NCBI GenBank assembly: GCA_004431415.1
Contig: QPMI01000494.1
Coordinates: 186,001-250,000 of the forward strand
Reading direction: 5' to 3'
Length of the DNA stretch: 64,000 nt
Source of the DNA: Cyanophora paradoxa CCMP329
Lineage: Eukaryota; Plantae; Glaucophyta
In this document: one piece after another, positions 1-15,100 of the stretch
Layout: each line of letters opens with the position of its first letter
How positions within the stretch are numbered: the stretch's first letter is position 1
The notes under the pieces: model-generated
Database searches by the model: none
The model's input: only the letters and a program-made list of their open reading frames with translations
Told to the model about the DNA's origin: nothing
Translations under genes and position numbers: made by a program

Positions 1-154
1 AGCCTTATTCAGGGAAGTGCGCTGAATACGAGCAGATCTCTGGCAAGACATTTTGAGAGTGCGCAATCGAGTTGTTTGATCAGCCATAGCTTGCGACCAG
101 CGCTAGCTGTTCGAGCGCACGCGGTCTGCGCGTTCGAATTCGTTATTCTGAACT

Positions 155-3100
155 TTGCGGACACAATCGGGCAGGACTGTACGGGCTAGCGTTGTTTCCC
201 TGCCGAGAGGCAGCAAGCCTGTATCTGCTTCATCCGAACTCCATCGGATTGGTGGACGACAGGGAGGTGTACCCATCAGGTCTTCACCTGCACTCAACTC
301 TGACCCCACACCTCCTCGACTCAATCGCAAATTATAATTAAATTCCGCAGGCGTCGCGCTCAAGTTGGCCGTTGTTATGCGAGACGCAGAAAGCAAAGAG
401 ATCTACGGGGTACCGTCCGCGGCTTGGCGGTGCACGCCGCTCATTTTAGGACTAGAATTTTAGCACTATTTCGGCTTCTCGGCAAACCCTTTGCGCGGTT
501 TCGGAATGCAGGCTTCTGTATGGACAGACTTTGGATCACAGCCTCATGGCCGATGTGCCGGTCGTGTGGGAAGGATGCGGAGTTATAGCAAACAAACTGT
601 CCGTGTCCGTTCCACCACTGCAACCCGGTGCGATTTTATATCCTGATTCTAGATCGCGAAATCGACTCGACGGGTGTCTAACGAGTCACACGGGCATGGA
701 TAATATATTGCAGGCACTTGGTACTTCGACGCACCCAGTGCAATCGAGAACTCAAATGCAATCCCGCTGTCTGAGGACCAACCGGGTCTCGGACCGCCTA
801 CAATCGTTGTGCTCGGTGCGTTCCGAAACTTAATCAAGCGAGCTCAGTTGCAAGCCACGCGAGCTGAGTCGCATGTCGTTCTCAGTGGCTCCAACATACC
901 TTTCGATCGAGAAGATCACTGACGGGGACCCGGTGTACCTAATGGTGACGATCTTGAAACTTAAATAGCTAAATAGCGTTCAATAATCGAACTTCGTTCG
1001 CCATCAGGGGCCTGCAGTCTTCTTGCGCGTCACGGCGTTGAATGCGTACCGCGCGCCTTTAACAGTGTCGGGGTCCATGATTACGCTGGAGGGAAACGGC
1101 ACAGGGGATGCCCCGTTCAAGTGCCCGGTGCTTCCTCTTCAAAATATCCAGAAGCTTGCATCGAGCTGGGTGGTGCGCATTTTGCGCTGCGGGCTGGGTA
1201 TCGAGCTGCGTTTGCGTATGCAGATTGCGATCGGCAGGTTCCGTTCTTCTGCGAAAAGCCTTACACCGGCCGAGTGGAAGTCGTCTCCAATATTCCGCTC
1301 GTCTCGCCTTTCGTGTTCTACGTGAAATGTAAGCGGTCGTTTTTTAAGAGCATGCATCTCGTGTGTGGACACGCAAATAATTTTCGGCCTTTCCCTCGCG
1401 CTTCCAGTTTTCCCTCGCATCATTGAGATCGAAGCTTTGGGAGCCCTACAGGACCCCGTTTCGAAAGTGTGGGTCCTGGAATCCGGCAAGTGCGTCATCG
1501 CAAGGTTTCTTGTAAACTTCAGCAATTCGCGCCGGTCCTTATGGGAGTTTTCAGGACCTACGAGCTCAAATTCAAGCTTCAGACGACGTCCGGGCTGCCC
1601 GTGCTAGCTCTTGCGTCAGACCTGAAGCTGATCCACTTTGGACCCCTCATTCCCCTCCCTCCCGGGAGCCGCCTACAGCCGTCGACGCCGGCGGGCAAGG
1701 AGTTCGGCCTATCGGACTTTTTCACCATGACCGTGACGTGCGTGGCGCGGTGTTCGGCTCGAGCTCTCGAGTGACCGGAACGCGCTAATATTAATTTCTG
1801 GCGCAGTCCCACCGTGTATGGTGAGGGGAGCATCATGGGCTATAGTCGACAGAAAGTTAAAGGTGCGCCCAGCAATATATATATAAATATCCTTTGTGGC
1901 ATAGACGAGCATCCCGTGCGAAATTTATAAATATATGTTTCGCTCACGCTCGTTCCTCCGCCCGCGGCCGCAGGCGGTCGCTGGCGGTACCAGCTCTACG
2001 GCAAGTAGAAATTAAAGTAATCTTGCAATTTTGTTGCGCGGCTCATTACTCGCCCTCGGCCGGTAGGATCGATTGAACAATGGCGACTGTATTTCGCGGA
2101 AACGGGAGATGCAAACGTCGTGCTACCTCCCGGTAAGGGGCTCATGTCTCTTTTCCTTTTCGCGCCCAAAAGAATGCATGACTTTTGCCGCAAACAGGTT
2201 CTACTGCAAATCTGGTGGCGGTTCCCTATCAATTTGGCGCACCCACACTTGCCAGCCTTCGGCCGGGTGACGGCCTTTTGGTGGACTCGAGCTCCTTTCT
2301 AGGCAATACGTCTTTCGCGCTGTACCCGCTCGCCGGACTGCAATGGACGATATCCTTCGCGGTACCCGTTTCGTCGATCGGCGTCGCGACGATTACGAGC
2401 TCGCCCGCGCCTTTCGGCGACGCCCGCGTTTACATAACTGGTACGCGCGACCGGTGCTTTGCATTCCTTGTTCTCGATTACTTGGACCCACAATCCCTGC
2501 GGCAGAGTGGCCGCAGTCAGCCGAAATCGTCCCCGACGAAGGTCTGCTGATGGGCTCACAGACTGGCATCTACGCATACTACGCCCGGTCTGCCGTGCCG
2601 GTCTCCGTTGTGCCGCGCGCCCGCGGGCACCCCACCTATAACGTGCCATCGTCCTTGTCGTGCGTTGCTTTTTCTCTGCTCATGTGCCTGGTCGCTCCGT
2701 AAAATGAAAATCCGTGTTCGTCGTAGACTTCGAGGTTCTGGCGTGCTCGATCCTTATGCCATCTCGCCCCTGTACTCGCTTTGGAACGTCCACGGATACT
2801 CCAATCTCTTCGTGGGCAGCATGTCCATGCCAAACGTGACCGGGCGCGGCTCCGTCCTGTGCCTGCCGCGGCTCATCCGCCCGTACACATTCACCGTCGT
2901 CGGTGCGCATAGATTTCTGCGCGGCAGTGCATTTTCCGCTTCCTTTGATTTAGATTGCATTCGTTGCGTTTACGAACGATGCCGCTCAGAGTACCCTGAG
3001 GAAATTCCCATCGCGACGCCGGTCGGCCTGCTGGGAGAGTACTCGTTCCGGGTCAACTCGTCGATCAAAATCACAATCACGCCCCGCAAGTGGGGCGCCA

Positions 3101-6100
3101 AAGCCCTCACGGCCAGCTCGACCGTACTGCTCACCGCAGGCGGCGCCCAGCCGGCGTCCCTCCTGCCCGTTCTCCCCATCTCGATCGCCATCTCTTGGAC
3201 GCTGGACCTGGAATTCCCGCCGGTGGGCGGCCTCGGAAGCCTCCTCGCCCGCCCCGGAACCTCTCCGCCCTTCTCCTTCGCGATTGTCGGTGCGTGTTGT
3301 ATATTTTGCACTTGACAGTCATCATTTAGTTAGCTTTAGTTTTCAACTTCAAACCGTGTGCGCAGAGAGTCCGGACGAGGTGGAGCTGGTGCTGTCTGCG
3401 ATTGTGGAACACGTACGCGCCGGCGTCGGCGCCTTCGGCATCGACTCCGCTCCGGCCTTCGTGTATTCGTGGGCCCGGTCTGCCTCCGGGGAGCCCCTCA
3501 AGATGACGTGCACGCTCGTGCCGAGGCTGCTCGGCCGCGTCGTTTGGGCGCACCGTTCCGACCTGAGCTGGTTCGCCTCCGGCGTGCTCTCGAATGCGGA
3601 CTTGGGCCCGATTGGAAGCGCGACCTTCGGAGCCTCTTCGGGCTTCGCCGTCGAAATTTCGTTGCCGGGGAAAACCGGATTCGCGCACATCGGGTCGGAC
3701 CCGCCCCCTGCGCGCTCGGGCCCTGCAAATGCAACCGTTGCCATCGCGGGTACGAGCGCGAGCGAGCGAGCGAGCGCTAGCTAGCGCCTCGCGAACCCGT
3801 CGTGTTTCTCTCAGATGTGGCAACGAGAATCGAGCTGAACTCATCTGAGCCGTCCTTTGCTGGCCCCGTCTTCTGGCGAGGGTCGGTCATCGCGGTACGC
3901 ACAGTACCCCTCTAGATCGATATTTGCTTTCTATCTGTGATTGGCAATGAGGCTTTGACTGAGCGGCGCGCCTTCTCGGTAGTTTACTCTCGTGCCGTAC
4001 CGGAGCTCAGAGCGGATCTACACGCTCAGCAGCATTCTAAGGTGCCCAAGAATGGCTTCGCTGTTTTGCGCCCGGGCTCGCTCTTCTCTGAAGGCAGCTC
4101 ACACCGGCACCCTTCACCACGCAGCGTCTCTCTCGTCGGGGTTCAAGGCTCGGTGTCTGCCAGATTTCCGGATTTCGCGGACGTTTTCTCCTTCTCGGTC
4201 GAAACCAACGGCGGAAGCGGGCCCTCCTCTGTGGTGTACGAGCCGGCGCCTCCGGTGGCCACCGGCCCGCAGCACGCGTTCACGTTCACCGTCATAGGTG
4301 AGACGAGCATCTTGCGCTTGCATCCGGCATTTCAAAAGGACACGTGAGAAATTCTCATGCGCTTGCAGACACTCCGTCGGCGGGGAAGTTGGAGTGCCCT
4401 CCAACGCTCATCTGGGCGGGCTCGCCGCCTTTGGAGTGCACCGTAACTCTCCTGGTGAACGGCAGCGAATTCGAAGCGTCCCCAAGGCCGGTCTGGGTTC
4501 TCCCGTCGCACGTCTCCCTCAACGTCTCCGAGAGCGCCGAGAACGCCACCCTAGCCCTCCCGAGTTCCGGGTCCTCCTCGCACGCCGGCACCGCCTCAAC
4601 GTTCGTCGCTCTCGTCGGCGCCCTCGCAGACCCTCACCCGACCAGCGGCGAGGTGCGCATTTATATTCTCGCGATCAGATCAATGCCGATCCGTGTCGTG
4701 CTTCGCGCTCATTCGATGTCATATTAGGTGGCTTACGGTACTCTTCACGCATTCGCTTGGGGCCGCCCTGCCCGGAAATTCTCCCCTGTCATGGAGGAGA
4801 GACCACCATCCTTTATCGTCAACTGCACAGGCTTCGCCGGCAATGGAACTGCCGGAAACGCAACTATCGGAAATGCGACGTATAGTGGTGGAAACGCGAC
4901 GTACAGTGGTGGAAACGCGACGTATAGTGGCGGAAACGCGACCATCGGAAATGCAACGTTCGGAGCTGGGAACGCGACTGCGGGGAATGCAACCGTCGGA
5001 AATTCGACCGTCGGAAATTCGACCGTCGGAAACTGTTGGGTACAGGAGATTCCAGCTCCACCGCCAGATCCGCTCGCTAGCTCCCGCTTCATTCTAACTT
5101 CTGGAAACACGACTATGCAAATAAACGCGAATGACACCGTACTTATCAACGGGACACGCTTCAGCCAACCGTTCTCACTAATGTGTGACCATTTGGTCGA
5201 GTATAACAGTTCGAGCTCGAGGACGCTTTCTCGGACGAACAGCAGCCGAAACGCCTTCGAACTCTTTTCTTCGTGGAGCACGACTCTTCGCGCGAGAATA
5301 CTCGAACAATGCACTGCGCTTGTCGGGCCAAAGTCGTGGGTTCCTATCGCCCCCGTGAACATCTCCATCGCATTCGTGCCCGACGAAACGAGCTCGCTCT
5401 CGTGTTGGCCTCTGGAATTCGACACGGTCGGCTTCTCCACGTGCACGCTTGTCGTCCGGCGAAAGTCCATTCCAGTCCAAACGTCTCTTCCTTTGCGGGC
5501 GATACCCAGCGCCGCTCTCTACGTGGCTTCAAGCGACACGGCTCCCGTCGGAAATTCAACTTTCATTTTCCAAGTGAAGCCTATGCCTCTTGGCGGCCCG
5601 GGAACCGTCCGAGTGGCCTTACAAATGGACGATGGCTCGGTCGTGAACATTGCCCAAGCTTTATTGACGGGGGCAGGTCTGTCACTTTGTAAATAGAAAA
5701 TATGAGCCGCAGCTCGTTTTTATCTCTAACGCTCTGCGGCAGATATTCCCAGTGAAGTGGATGTGCAGATGCTGAACGCGCTCTATGAGGGCCCCGTCTT
5801 CAGATCGAACTCTAGCATACTCGTGCGCGGGGAGTTTTTATCGATCTAGCCTCTCATCTTTGGAAATAGTAATGTAAATGATCTCGTCCATCAGATAAGC
5901 GTTACGCCTCGGAAGGACGGCTCGCCCTGCTGGGCGCTGAACACATCGATCAGGTCCTCGCGTGCTTTTGATTTTAAATCCGGTCGCCCTTCTTGACTTT
6001 TTTCCGCTCGCAATCGTTCCCGCAGCTTCAACATCACCGACTCTCTGCTGCGCGGCACTTTCGGAACGCTTGCAGAGAGGGCTGCGCCATCTTGGTTGCT

Positions 6101-9100
6101 GCCCTTCTCGCTGTCCGAAGACACGGGTCCGGGCTGGATTGACTTCGTACCCCCTGCCGTCTCGCCTGTGCGGTACTGGGCGGATGGTGAGCCGACGATC
6201 CGCGCGTGCACTGTAAAATCAGGATTTGAGTGGGGCGTATTTGTGCAGGAATTCCGGACCAGGCGCGCGTCACTTGTCCTGCAACCCCTCAGCCCTCCGG
6301 CGTCTGGTTTGACTGCACCGTGGACTTGCTCCGCGCTGGGGATCCCGTCCACGCCCTTTCATCGGTCGTGCGGGGTATTCCTTCGGTGTCGCTGTCCACG
6401 ACCGCGCCGGCCGTTGCGCCATGGCCCTACGTTGCGACTTCGTTCGCACTCCCGTTTGTCGTCGGATCCTTTCCTGTGGCGCCAGACCCAGCCCTGCCCG
6501 CGTACGGCACGGCAGCTGCGCTGATTGAAGGAGCGAGCGGCGTGCAGTTCGAATCGCCGCCAACGAACGTCTCCGTCGCTTTCCAGCCGGACACCAGCAG
6601 CACGCTAGCGTGCTTTCCAAAGCAGTTCGATACCGCCTCGCAGTCCTTCTGCACGTACACTGCGCGGCGTCGATCGATGCGAGTACTTACCGCCGCGGAG
6701 CTCGAGATAAGGGTGTCTGGGCCCATTGTTTTGGCCGGCGTGCTTGGCGGGGGAACCGGCTTCGGAAACTCGACGCTCGAGTTCGCTGTGCGCGTCGCCG
6801 ACGGCACCGGCACCGGGCCGAGTGTGGTGTCGGTCGCCATTCAAGGAGCATCCAGCCCCGTGGCTAGCTTCTCGGTGACGGCGTGCGGTCCGCAATCTTT
6901 TTTTTGCTTCGTTGAAGCCCCCCAATCTATATATATCTCGCTCGTACAGTTGATTAAACGGGCCCCCGCATGCGAATGCGCAGGCATACCGGATGCTGTG
7001 GAGGTGATACTCCCGCCCGCACCATTCCCGGGCGTGCGGCCGGTTTATGAAGCCGACACTGCCTTGACGGTGAGCTAATCATATATAATACGCCGACAGT
7101 CTCCAGTATACATAAGACATCGATTCCTCTGACGTCCGACGTTACTTTTCATCGCAGATTACGGCGAGGCCCCTGCGGGGCGGAGTGCACATTTACGCTT
7201 TGAACTCATCCATAACGTGCGTCTGTCATCCAGCTCAATTCCGGCCATGAGAAGAGCCGCGGTTTTCGCCATAACGAGCTAACGCTGTCTTTCCGCTAAA
7301 TTGCAGGGCCTCTATTGGCGGGGTGCAAGGCTCAATCGGCAATCTCCTTCCCGTCGCCACGAATGCTTGGAGCTGGGTGTTTTCTCTGGGCCACGACAGC
7401 GGACCTGGAGATATATCGTTCAACCCCCCGTCGACGCAGCCGATCATCTTTATCGTCTCCGGTGAATGAACTTCTGGATTCTGATCAAAGATCAAATCCC
7501 TATGATCAGCTAACACACGTATTCTCGTCGACCTTGGCAGGGATTCCGGACTCTGGGAATGTATCATGTCCTCCAGCGATCGTGGCGGCTAACAGCACCG
7601 TGACCTGCACCGTTGCGGTGGGACGAGACGGCGCTCCGCTTCGCGTGCACGTTATGACGCTCTCCAGCACCTTCAAGCGCAGCATAGCTTCGGTCGAGCC
7701 GCCCGCCACGCTGTCCGCCGACAGCACTGACTCGGAGTTCACTATGGAGGTCCAGGCGGCCGCCGAGCCACTTGCGTTGCCTTTGGACCCGCAGACCCGG
7801 CCCGCCTACGGCACCGTCGGCGCCCTCTTTGGAGGAGCACTCGCACTAATTCCCACTGAAATCGAGATTGCATTCGAGCCGGACCTGACGAGCGGTGCGC
7901 CGGCCACGGCTCCTTTAATTTGTGCAAAATGCTCGCTATTCGTGACACGGGCATACCGCGTGCGCTCCAGGTGTGATATGTGCTTCCCGGACATTCGACA
8001 TCGCCGCCCAGCTGAGGTGTACGTTCATCTCGCGGCGGCGCGGGGTTCCGGTCCGGTCGCTGTACTCTTTCGAGCCCAGTGCTTCCGGTGCCATTTCTAT
8101 TTCGAGCACGCGGCCCGCGTCGCCCATCGGCGAAGGGAACTGGACGTTCGAGTTCACGCTGATCTCTGCGGCGCCTTTGGGCGGCCCCGGCTGGGTCGAC
8201 ATGAACATGGCCCAGCCGAACGGCTCAACGATCATTGCAACATCCGTGATCGTCGCTACGGGCGTTCCGGATGCAACGTCGGCTTTTGTGAGCAGCATTA
8301 TGCATATGTATTCATATATATACTCAAGAGCTTGAATAGGAAAGAGGGTGTATAAATCTAGAGCTCGTCGCGAAGCTGATTGTGCCCTCTGATTTTCGGC
8401 AGAATTGCTCAACTAACGTCACTTGGATTGGATCTGCGTTCACGTGCGAGCTGGCCCCTGCGCTGGTGCGTTCGGCTGCTGGCCATGGAGTTCAAGCGGA
8501 CTTAGCTTGGAATTTGGTCGAGTGACGTTCGCGCGTCACGCAGAGCCATGTGAACGTCTACACGGTCCCCGGCACGCTTGAGCTCGCCTGGCCCTTCATG
8601 CCCCGCGACGCGCTTCTCGCCGCGTTCGGCGACGAAGCGTCGATCCGGATCTCGTTCGCCGTCTATGTGGGGGAGATGCAGCTCCCCGAGAGCGTCAGCT
8701 GCACGGGCCTCTGCGGGCTGAGCCTCGCCGCCCCCGGACGCGGCGTCATAGCCTCCCGAAGCATCCTTGTCTTAGGTGCGGGGCAGCGCCTACACGCAAA
8801 TATATTTCTCGCTCGCGCGTCTCTAAACCAACGGGATCGTAGCGCGGCCGGCCCGAGACGCCTCCACCCTGACGTGTCCGACCCTGGAGGCGTCCGCGAA
8901 CACGACGATCACGTGCACGCTCGAGCCGAGAGTCCTCGTCGACGGCCCCGCAGTCGTGAGCGACGCGCGCATGTTCCGCGCGATCGCGACACCGTCGTCG
9001 CTCGCGGACGCGTGGGTCGAGCCGCTGCCGACGCGGCTGGCCACCGGATCCCGCGACGCGAACCACACCGACTTGTTCTCTGTCGTGATCCGGTTTCGGC

Positions 9101-12100
9101 CCGACGCCACTGGAACGCTGCGGCTGTCGGTGCACCCTCTGCTCGACACGGGCTCGCCGCTGGCGGCAACCGTGCGGACGTCATTCTTCGTGTCTGGCAT
9201 GTCGGTTCAGGCCGCCCGGCCGCAGTGGGGAACGACGCGGGGCGGCGTCCCGCTGACCATCGTAGGGAGTGCCTTCCCGCTGGCGCCCGAACCCCTGTCG
9301 GTCGCCGTCTGCGGCGCCCAGGCGCCGCTCGTGGCCCGATCGACCACGTATCTCTTCGTGCGGCTGCCACCCCTCGCGGCCGAGCTCCTCGATGCGGGCA
9401 CGCGCGTCTGCGATGTCGCCGTCTCGCTCCCCGACCGGCCCGGCGTCCCGCCCGCCGTGCTGGCCGCCGGCTACGAGTACAACGTGCCGCCAGTGGCTGT
9501 TTTCGAGCCGTTTTCCGACGACGTGGTCTACCTCCCGGGGTACATCACCCTCAACGCTTCCCGCAGCTATGGTGAGAACAACCCCTTTTCAAAGACTGGC
9601 TCTCGTTCAATTGCCGTCCGTTCGACCCGATATTGATGCGCCCGGCCCGCAGACCCTGACACGGCGGGCGCGGCGGAGTCTGTCCTCCGGTTCTCGTGGC
9701 GGGTCGTCGAAGCTCCCGAGGGAGCCGAGTCCGTCTCTCTCGCGAGCGGCAGCGCCTCCGTTGCCTTTGCGGGGCCGCTCTACGCCTCGGGCCTCTACGC
9801 CTTCGAGCTGACAGTGACGGACAACGGCGGCGACTCCGTCGCCGCTACCCTCAACGTGTCGGCCGACTACCTTCCGAGTGCGCCGTATTCCATCCACTCC
9901 CCATTCCATTTCTGTTATCTGAAATCAAATCACGCGCTTTGATTCCCAGGCCTCGACGTCACGATTCGCATCGACACGGAGTACGACCCGTTCAAGCAGC
10001 GGTACAGGGCGGAAGCGGCGTTCCGCGAGGTGCGAGATTTTACAGTCATCCGTAGTCTCGTTTCCAGCTATTAGCTCAAAGTAATCGGCCGCAGGACGTA
10101 TGGAACGCAACGGCCGAGTCGCTGGACGTCCGGCCAGACCAGCTCGCAGTACGCGCCGTTTTCGCTTTTGCTGTCTATTAGAATATTGGTATGAGCTGAG
10201 CGTGCGTGCGTTGCGATTGTGGTAGGGCATTCGTCTCGAGAGAGGTAGCGTCCTGCTTTCGGTTCGTCTGCCAAGTCACTGAGTGTCAGGCCGCCACGTG
10301 GGCTAGGATTCGGCCAAATTCTAATGTCTTGTGCCTGTCATAGTATCAGGCCGCTAAGAAGGCAATTCCAAATTCTGCTTTCGGTTCGTCTGTCATAGTA
10401 TCAGGCCGCTAAGAAGGCTAAACCGGCCTAATGATGTCTGTACTATACTTTGACGATTCTAATTAATGTCGTGTGCCGCAGACGACGGTCATCGCGAAAA
10501 CGGCGACGGACGCCGCTCTGCTCGCGACCGTGCCCCGCCGCTACACGGGTGCGTCTCGCAGACTGCCTGCGCTTGAGCCCAGTGGCTGAAAAAGCTAAGG
10601 CTTCGCTTTCGATCATCATATATAGCTGATGCTAGAAAGCTTAGAAAGCTAATCAATAATGTAAGGCTTCGCTTTCGATCATAGCTGATGCTGCTCGGCG
10701 TGCGCAGGAGCCGGTCTCGCTCGCGTGACCGGGCCCGGCGTGTCGAGCGCGCTGATCTCCTCCCGGCTCAACAAGCGGACGACGAACCTCCCGCCCGTCC
10801 CGCTGATCGAGGTCGTCTGCAAGTCGGCGCTCGTCGCGCCGGGGCGCTACGAGGTGATGGCCACGGCGTGCACGCTCGATGGCGCCGTCAGCTCCGATCC
10901 CGACGGGTTCGTCACGACGTACACGTGGGCGCTCATTCCGACCCTGGAGAGCAACTGTCCCGTCTACCGAGGCTCGCGTGGCTGGATCGACCGCGGCGCC
11001 GACGGCACGCTGCTGCTCCTCTTCCCGGCCGACCAGCTCGGGTGGGACAGCATCTGCGTCGTGGGCCTCACCGTCGGCGACAACGACGTGCGGCCGATCC
11101 CGAAATATATATATATCGATCAATCCCGACCGACCGCGCCGCAGGGTCTGAGAGGCCGCACGCGGGCGAACGTGACGCTGATCCTCACGGGCCGAGGCGA
11201 GAACGAGCCGCCATCGATCGAGGCGGAAGACCTGGTCGTCGAGGTGCTCCTCTAATTGCAATTGTAGTACCACTGCAGCTGTCGCTTTCCCATCGTTTCC
11301 GTCCAAATTGAATGTCTGCCGGCTCGCCGCGGCGCGCCGCAGATCGATCAGGAGGACGGCTCGTACGACAACACGACCACCGTCGACGTCGCCGCCATTG
11401 CCGCCGATCCCGACGGGCTCCTGGCCCGGTCTTGGTTGGACTACGTGGGAGGGGACGGCTCCGCCCTCGTGTCCGTCGTCGCGAACGTCTCGGCCGGCGG
11501 CGGTCCCGTGCAGCGCGCCTCCATCGTGAGCCAGGCTACAGTGTACGGGCTGGGCACCTGGAGATTTACAGCGTATGCGGTGGATGGCAGCGGTGCGATG
11601 GAATCTTAAGCCTGCTTCCGGTATCTTCTATCTTAATATATATGTCTCTGCAGATGCCAGCGCGAGCAGAAACATTTCTCTCACCGTTCGAATGGGCCCA
11701 CCGCCCCCGATGACGGATTCCGTCTCCCCCGACGCCGCCCGACGCGTCGCCATCGCGGTGAGTACGAATCGGATCTCTAATCATAATCAAGAACTCGTGC
11801 GTAGCTCACAAACAGCTGTCCGCGACAGCTGTCCGCCGTCTGCGCCGCCCTTGCGCTCTACGGCGCCGCCCTCCGCCTGGTCGGCCTCAAGTTCGGGTGC
11901 CCCGACGCCGACTGCGAGCTGGCTCTCATGTCCTCGCACCCCTCCGTCGGCTCCGTCCGGGCTGCCCTGCCCCAGTCCGCCGCCGCCGGCGCTTTCTTCG
12001 CCATCTTCCACCTCCAGACGCTGGCGAGGTCCGTTTTCAGTGTACTATTCTATATCACGCGGATCTGTATCTTAAAACTAAGTAAAATCGGCAGCTTTGG

Positions 12101-15100
12101 CTTCCTCACGAACTCCGTCCTGGTGAAACGCTTATAATTACCGTTTTACTTCGTGCTTATATTATTACCGTTTCGTTTCATGTGCTTATGTAATTACCGT
12201 TTTCCTTCGATTTGCAGCCCCAGTCCTTCAAGGCGTTCTGCGAGGCCCTGAGCCCCTTCCTCCTCCTCGCCCCCGGCATATGTGCGCCATTCTATCGTAC
12301 CCCGAATTCGAATTGCGCGATCGCGAGCTGAACGCACATGCAGCCGGGGACCCCCTCCCCCGAAACGTCCGCGCCTCTCCCAAGGCGTACCCCCCGCCCC
12401 TGCCGTCCCGGCGCGCCCTCCTGTACTCCCCCGAGCGTGACGTCGCCGCGGGCCTCAAGGTCCGGAGCGAGCGAAGCTCAAGATCATTTTTCGAATAGAA
12501 CCTGAAATGGAAACGCGCGCAGTCGGTGCTGGTCATTACGGGGTCGGCGCTCGGGCTCCTCTCCGTCGTGCGACTGGCCGCCCAGTGGTGCCTGCACCTT
12601 TGTTACCGTTCTATCCGACCTCGCGGCGTTTCCGACTGCCTCCCGACTTATATATCCGACAGCGCGCTGTGCTGCATCCGCCTTCGGGACCGCGAGCGGG
12701 GCGGGCCGGCGTGGCCGGGCCCGCTGGCGTCCCTCCTCGCGTGGCCGGCGCTCGAGCTGCTCCTCCTGCTCGCCTGCGTCGTCCGCGCTCTTCTTTTCCT
12801 CTTCTCTCTTCCACCCGCGAAATTGAAGGGCGTCGCTCACCGTATTCTTATCCGCGCAGAAACCTCTGACGATGACGGCCGTGGGCGTCATCAAAGCCGG
12901 CGTGGGCGCCCCGTGGTCCGGCGTCGCCTGGGCATGCGTGGTGAGATCCCAAATCCCAAAACTGTCAAAATATGAACGTCTGAAGCTTAAGCTTTCGCGA
13001 GACTGAAAGTTTACGTACGTTTCAGATCGCGGCGGCGGCCTTCGCTGCCCTGATCGCGCCGCTGCTTGCCTCGTACGTCGTGCACTCCCGCCGATACATT
13101 GTCTTCGAGCGCAACATTTGCACTCGGTGCGTTCCGCGCATGTCATTTTCTTTCGAATCGCGCTGAACGTGCGGTTTCTTTAGGCTTGTCTGGGACAAGT
13201 TGCAGCGCCCCAAGTTTGTCCAGTCGCGGAAAGAGAGGGAGCTCGCTCGCCAGAAGAGGAGAGAAGCGCGCTCGAGCTCGAAGGGTGCGGTCCACAAGTG
13301 CATCGGCCCCGCGCCCCCTGGCAGCGGCAGCGGAGCCGACAGCGGCAGCGGCGTCGTTCCCGGCAAGGGCGCCGACCCGCCCCATCTGGCTATGGCCGCT
13401 CAGACGCGCTCGGTTGTCGGTTCATCGCAGTCGGGCTCGGTGCACCTGCCGTCGATGTCGGCGTCGGCCGCGGCCGCCGCCGCCAACGCCAATTTCGAGA
13501 GGAAATGGTGGCGCCCGGACCACGTGCACGTGCACGAGATCCGCCAGCACAGGGCGGATCCGGACATCGACGTCGACAGCGTCAGCGTGACGGCGTTCAG
13601 CTCGAGCGACCTGAATGTTAACGAGCCCGCGGCCGACCGCGCCAAGCCCGCGCCTCGCAGCAGTGCCGTCCTGGGATCCGACGTCGCGCCCGTGCCCGCG
13701 GCCGCAACGCTGTATTCGGTGGGGGACGCGCCGGCGTGGCACTACAGGCTGCTCCGGCGGCTGCGGGGCGCCCTCTCGTGCGGCTGGTGGGTCGTCCCGG
13801 TCGAGCCCCGTACCCCTTCCAAGGGCGACGACGGCGCCGACCATCCCGACGTCAAGGGCGGGTACAACGATGCGGCGGACCCTGGCCCCTATCGTTTCGC
13901 CATCGGACTCCACTCGCTCCTCGGAGACTTCAGGAGTGCGTGCTTTACTCTAGGATCTCGTTCAATTTCATTGTCCGCAAGCGTCGAATTCGATTCGAAT
14001 TCGAATTCGAATTCGGCGCAGAAACGCATGCGATGTTTCGGGGATTCGAGGTCGCCAAGGCCATCGCGTGGGGCGCCGCCATCGGCGCCTTCGCGCGAAA
14101 CGACGGCACCGCCCTCGCGGACCCCGCCCAATACAACGTCACGTCCAAAGCCGCCTTCACTCAGGTGCCAATGATCTACAAGTAGTTAGAAACCGCCACA
14201 CACGTAGAGCTTCGAACCGCGCAAGCCAGCATTCTCACCCGAACGTTTCGACCAGCTCTACTTCTGCCTCGGCGTCGAGGGGTTCGATCTCATGTGCGCT
14301 AATGATAAATCAAACCGACCCGCCCCACCCCGCCCGGATTCGACCCCTTCGTCTTCTTCGCAGCGCGCAGAACATCTACCGCCCCCGCGTCTCGGCGTGG
14401 GCCTGCGGCGTGGCGGCCCTCTCGCCCCTCGTCCACATGGCCATGCTCGCCGCCCTCTCCAGCGCCGCCCTGAAGTACAACTGGTGCGCCGCTCACATTA
14501 CGAAGTTAAATATCATTGGCGATAGCTTCACAAGCTCTAAATTATGATCGGCGATGAGGGATCGCATCATCTTGAATACTGTCTCTTTCACTCTCTAGCA
14601 TAAATGAGAATACAGGAGATGAATGAGCAGGAGAGATTCGACCAGCGCACCTGCGCATGCGTTTCTTTCTGACGGTCACGCGCACTGCGCAGGCCCTTCG
14701 ACGTTGGGTTGGTCCTCTTCGTCTGCTCGCTCCTCTCCTTCGCCCTCCCCATCGCCGACCTCCTCCTCGCCGCCGCCGAGCGCACCGCGGTGCGTTCTCG
14801 CTCGCTGTTTAGTTCGCTGTCTGTTGTCGTAAGCTTAAGTTGTAACCTCCCAAGGAACGAAAAGATCTAGACTCCCTACAAAATATATCGCCATGTATTT
14901 AGAAACGTTTGATAATGAAACATGTTTGCATGTTCCACACGTTGGATATCGATAATGCATGAGGATCCTTTAGAAACGCTTGGAGCAGGCTTAGCTTGAT
15001 GAAACGCGCGCTAACTAATCACAAACGTTGACTTCAGATGCTGGCCATGGCGATCGACATGCGGCGGAGGTCGCGGCCTGCGCATGCCGGCGCCGCGGCC

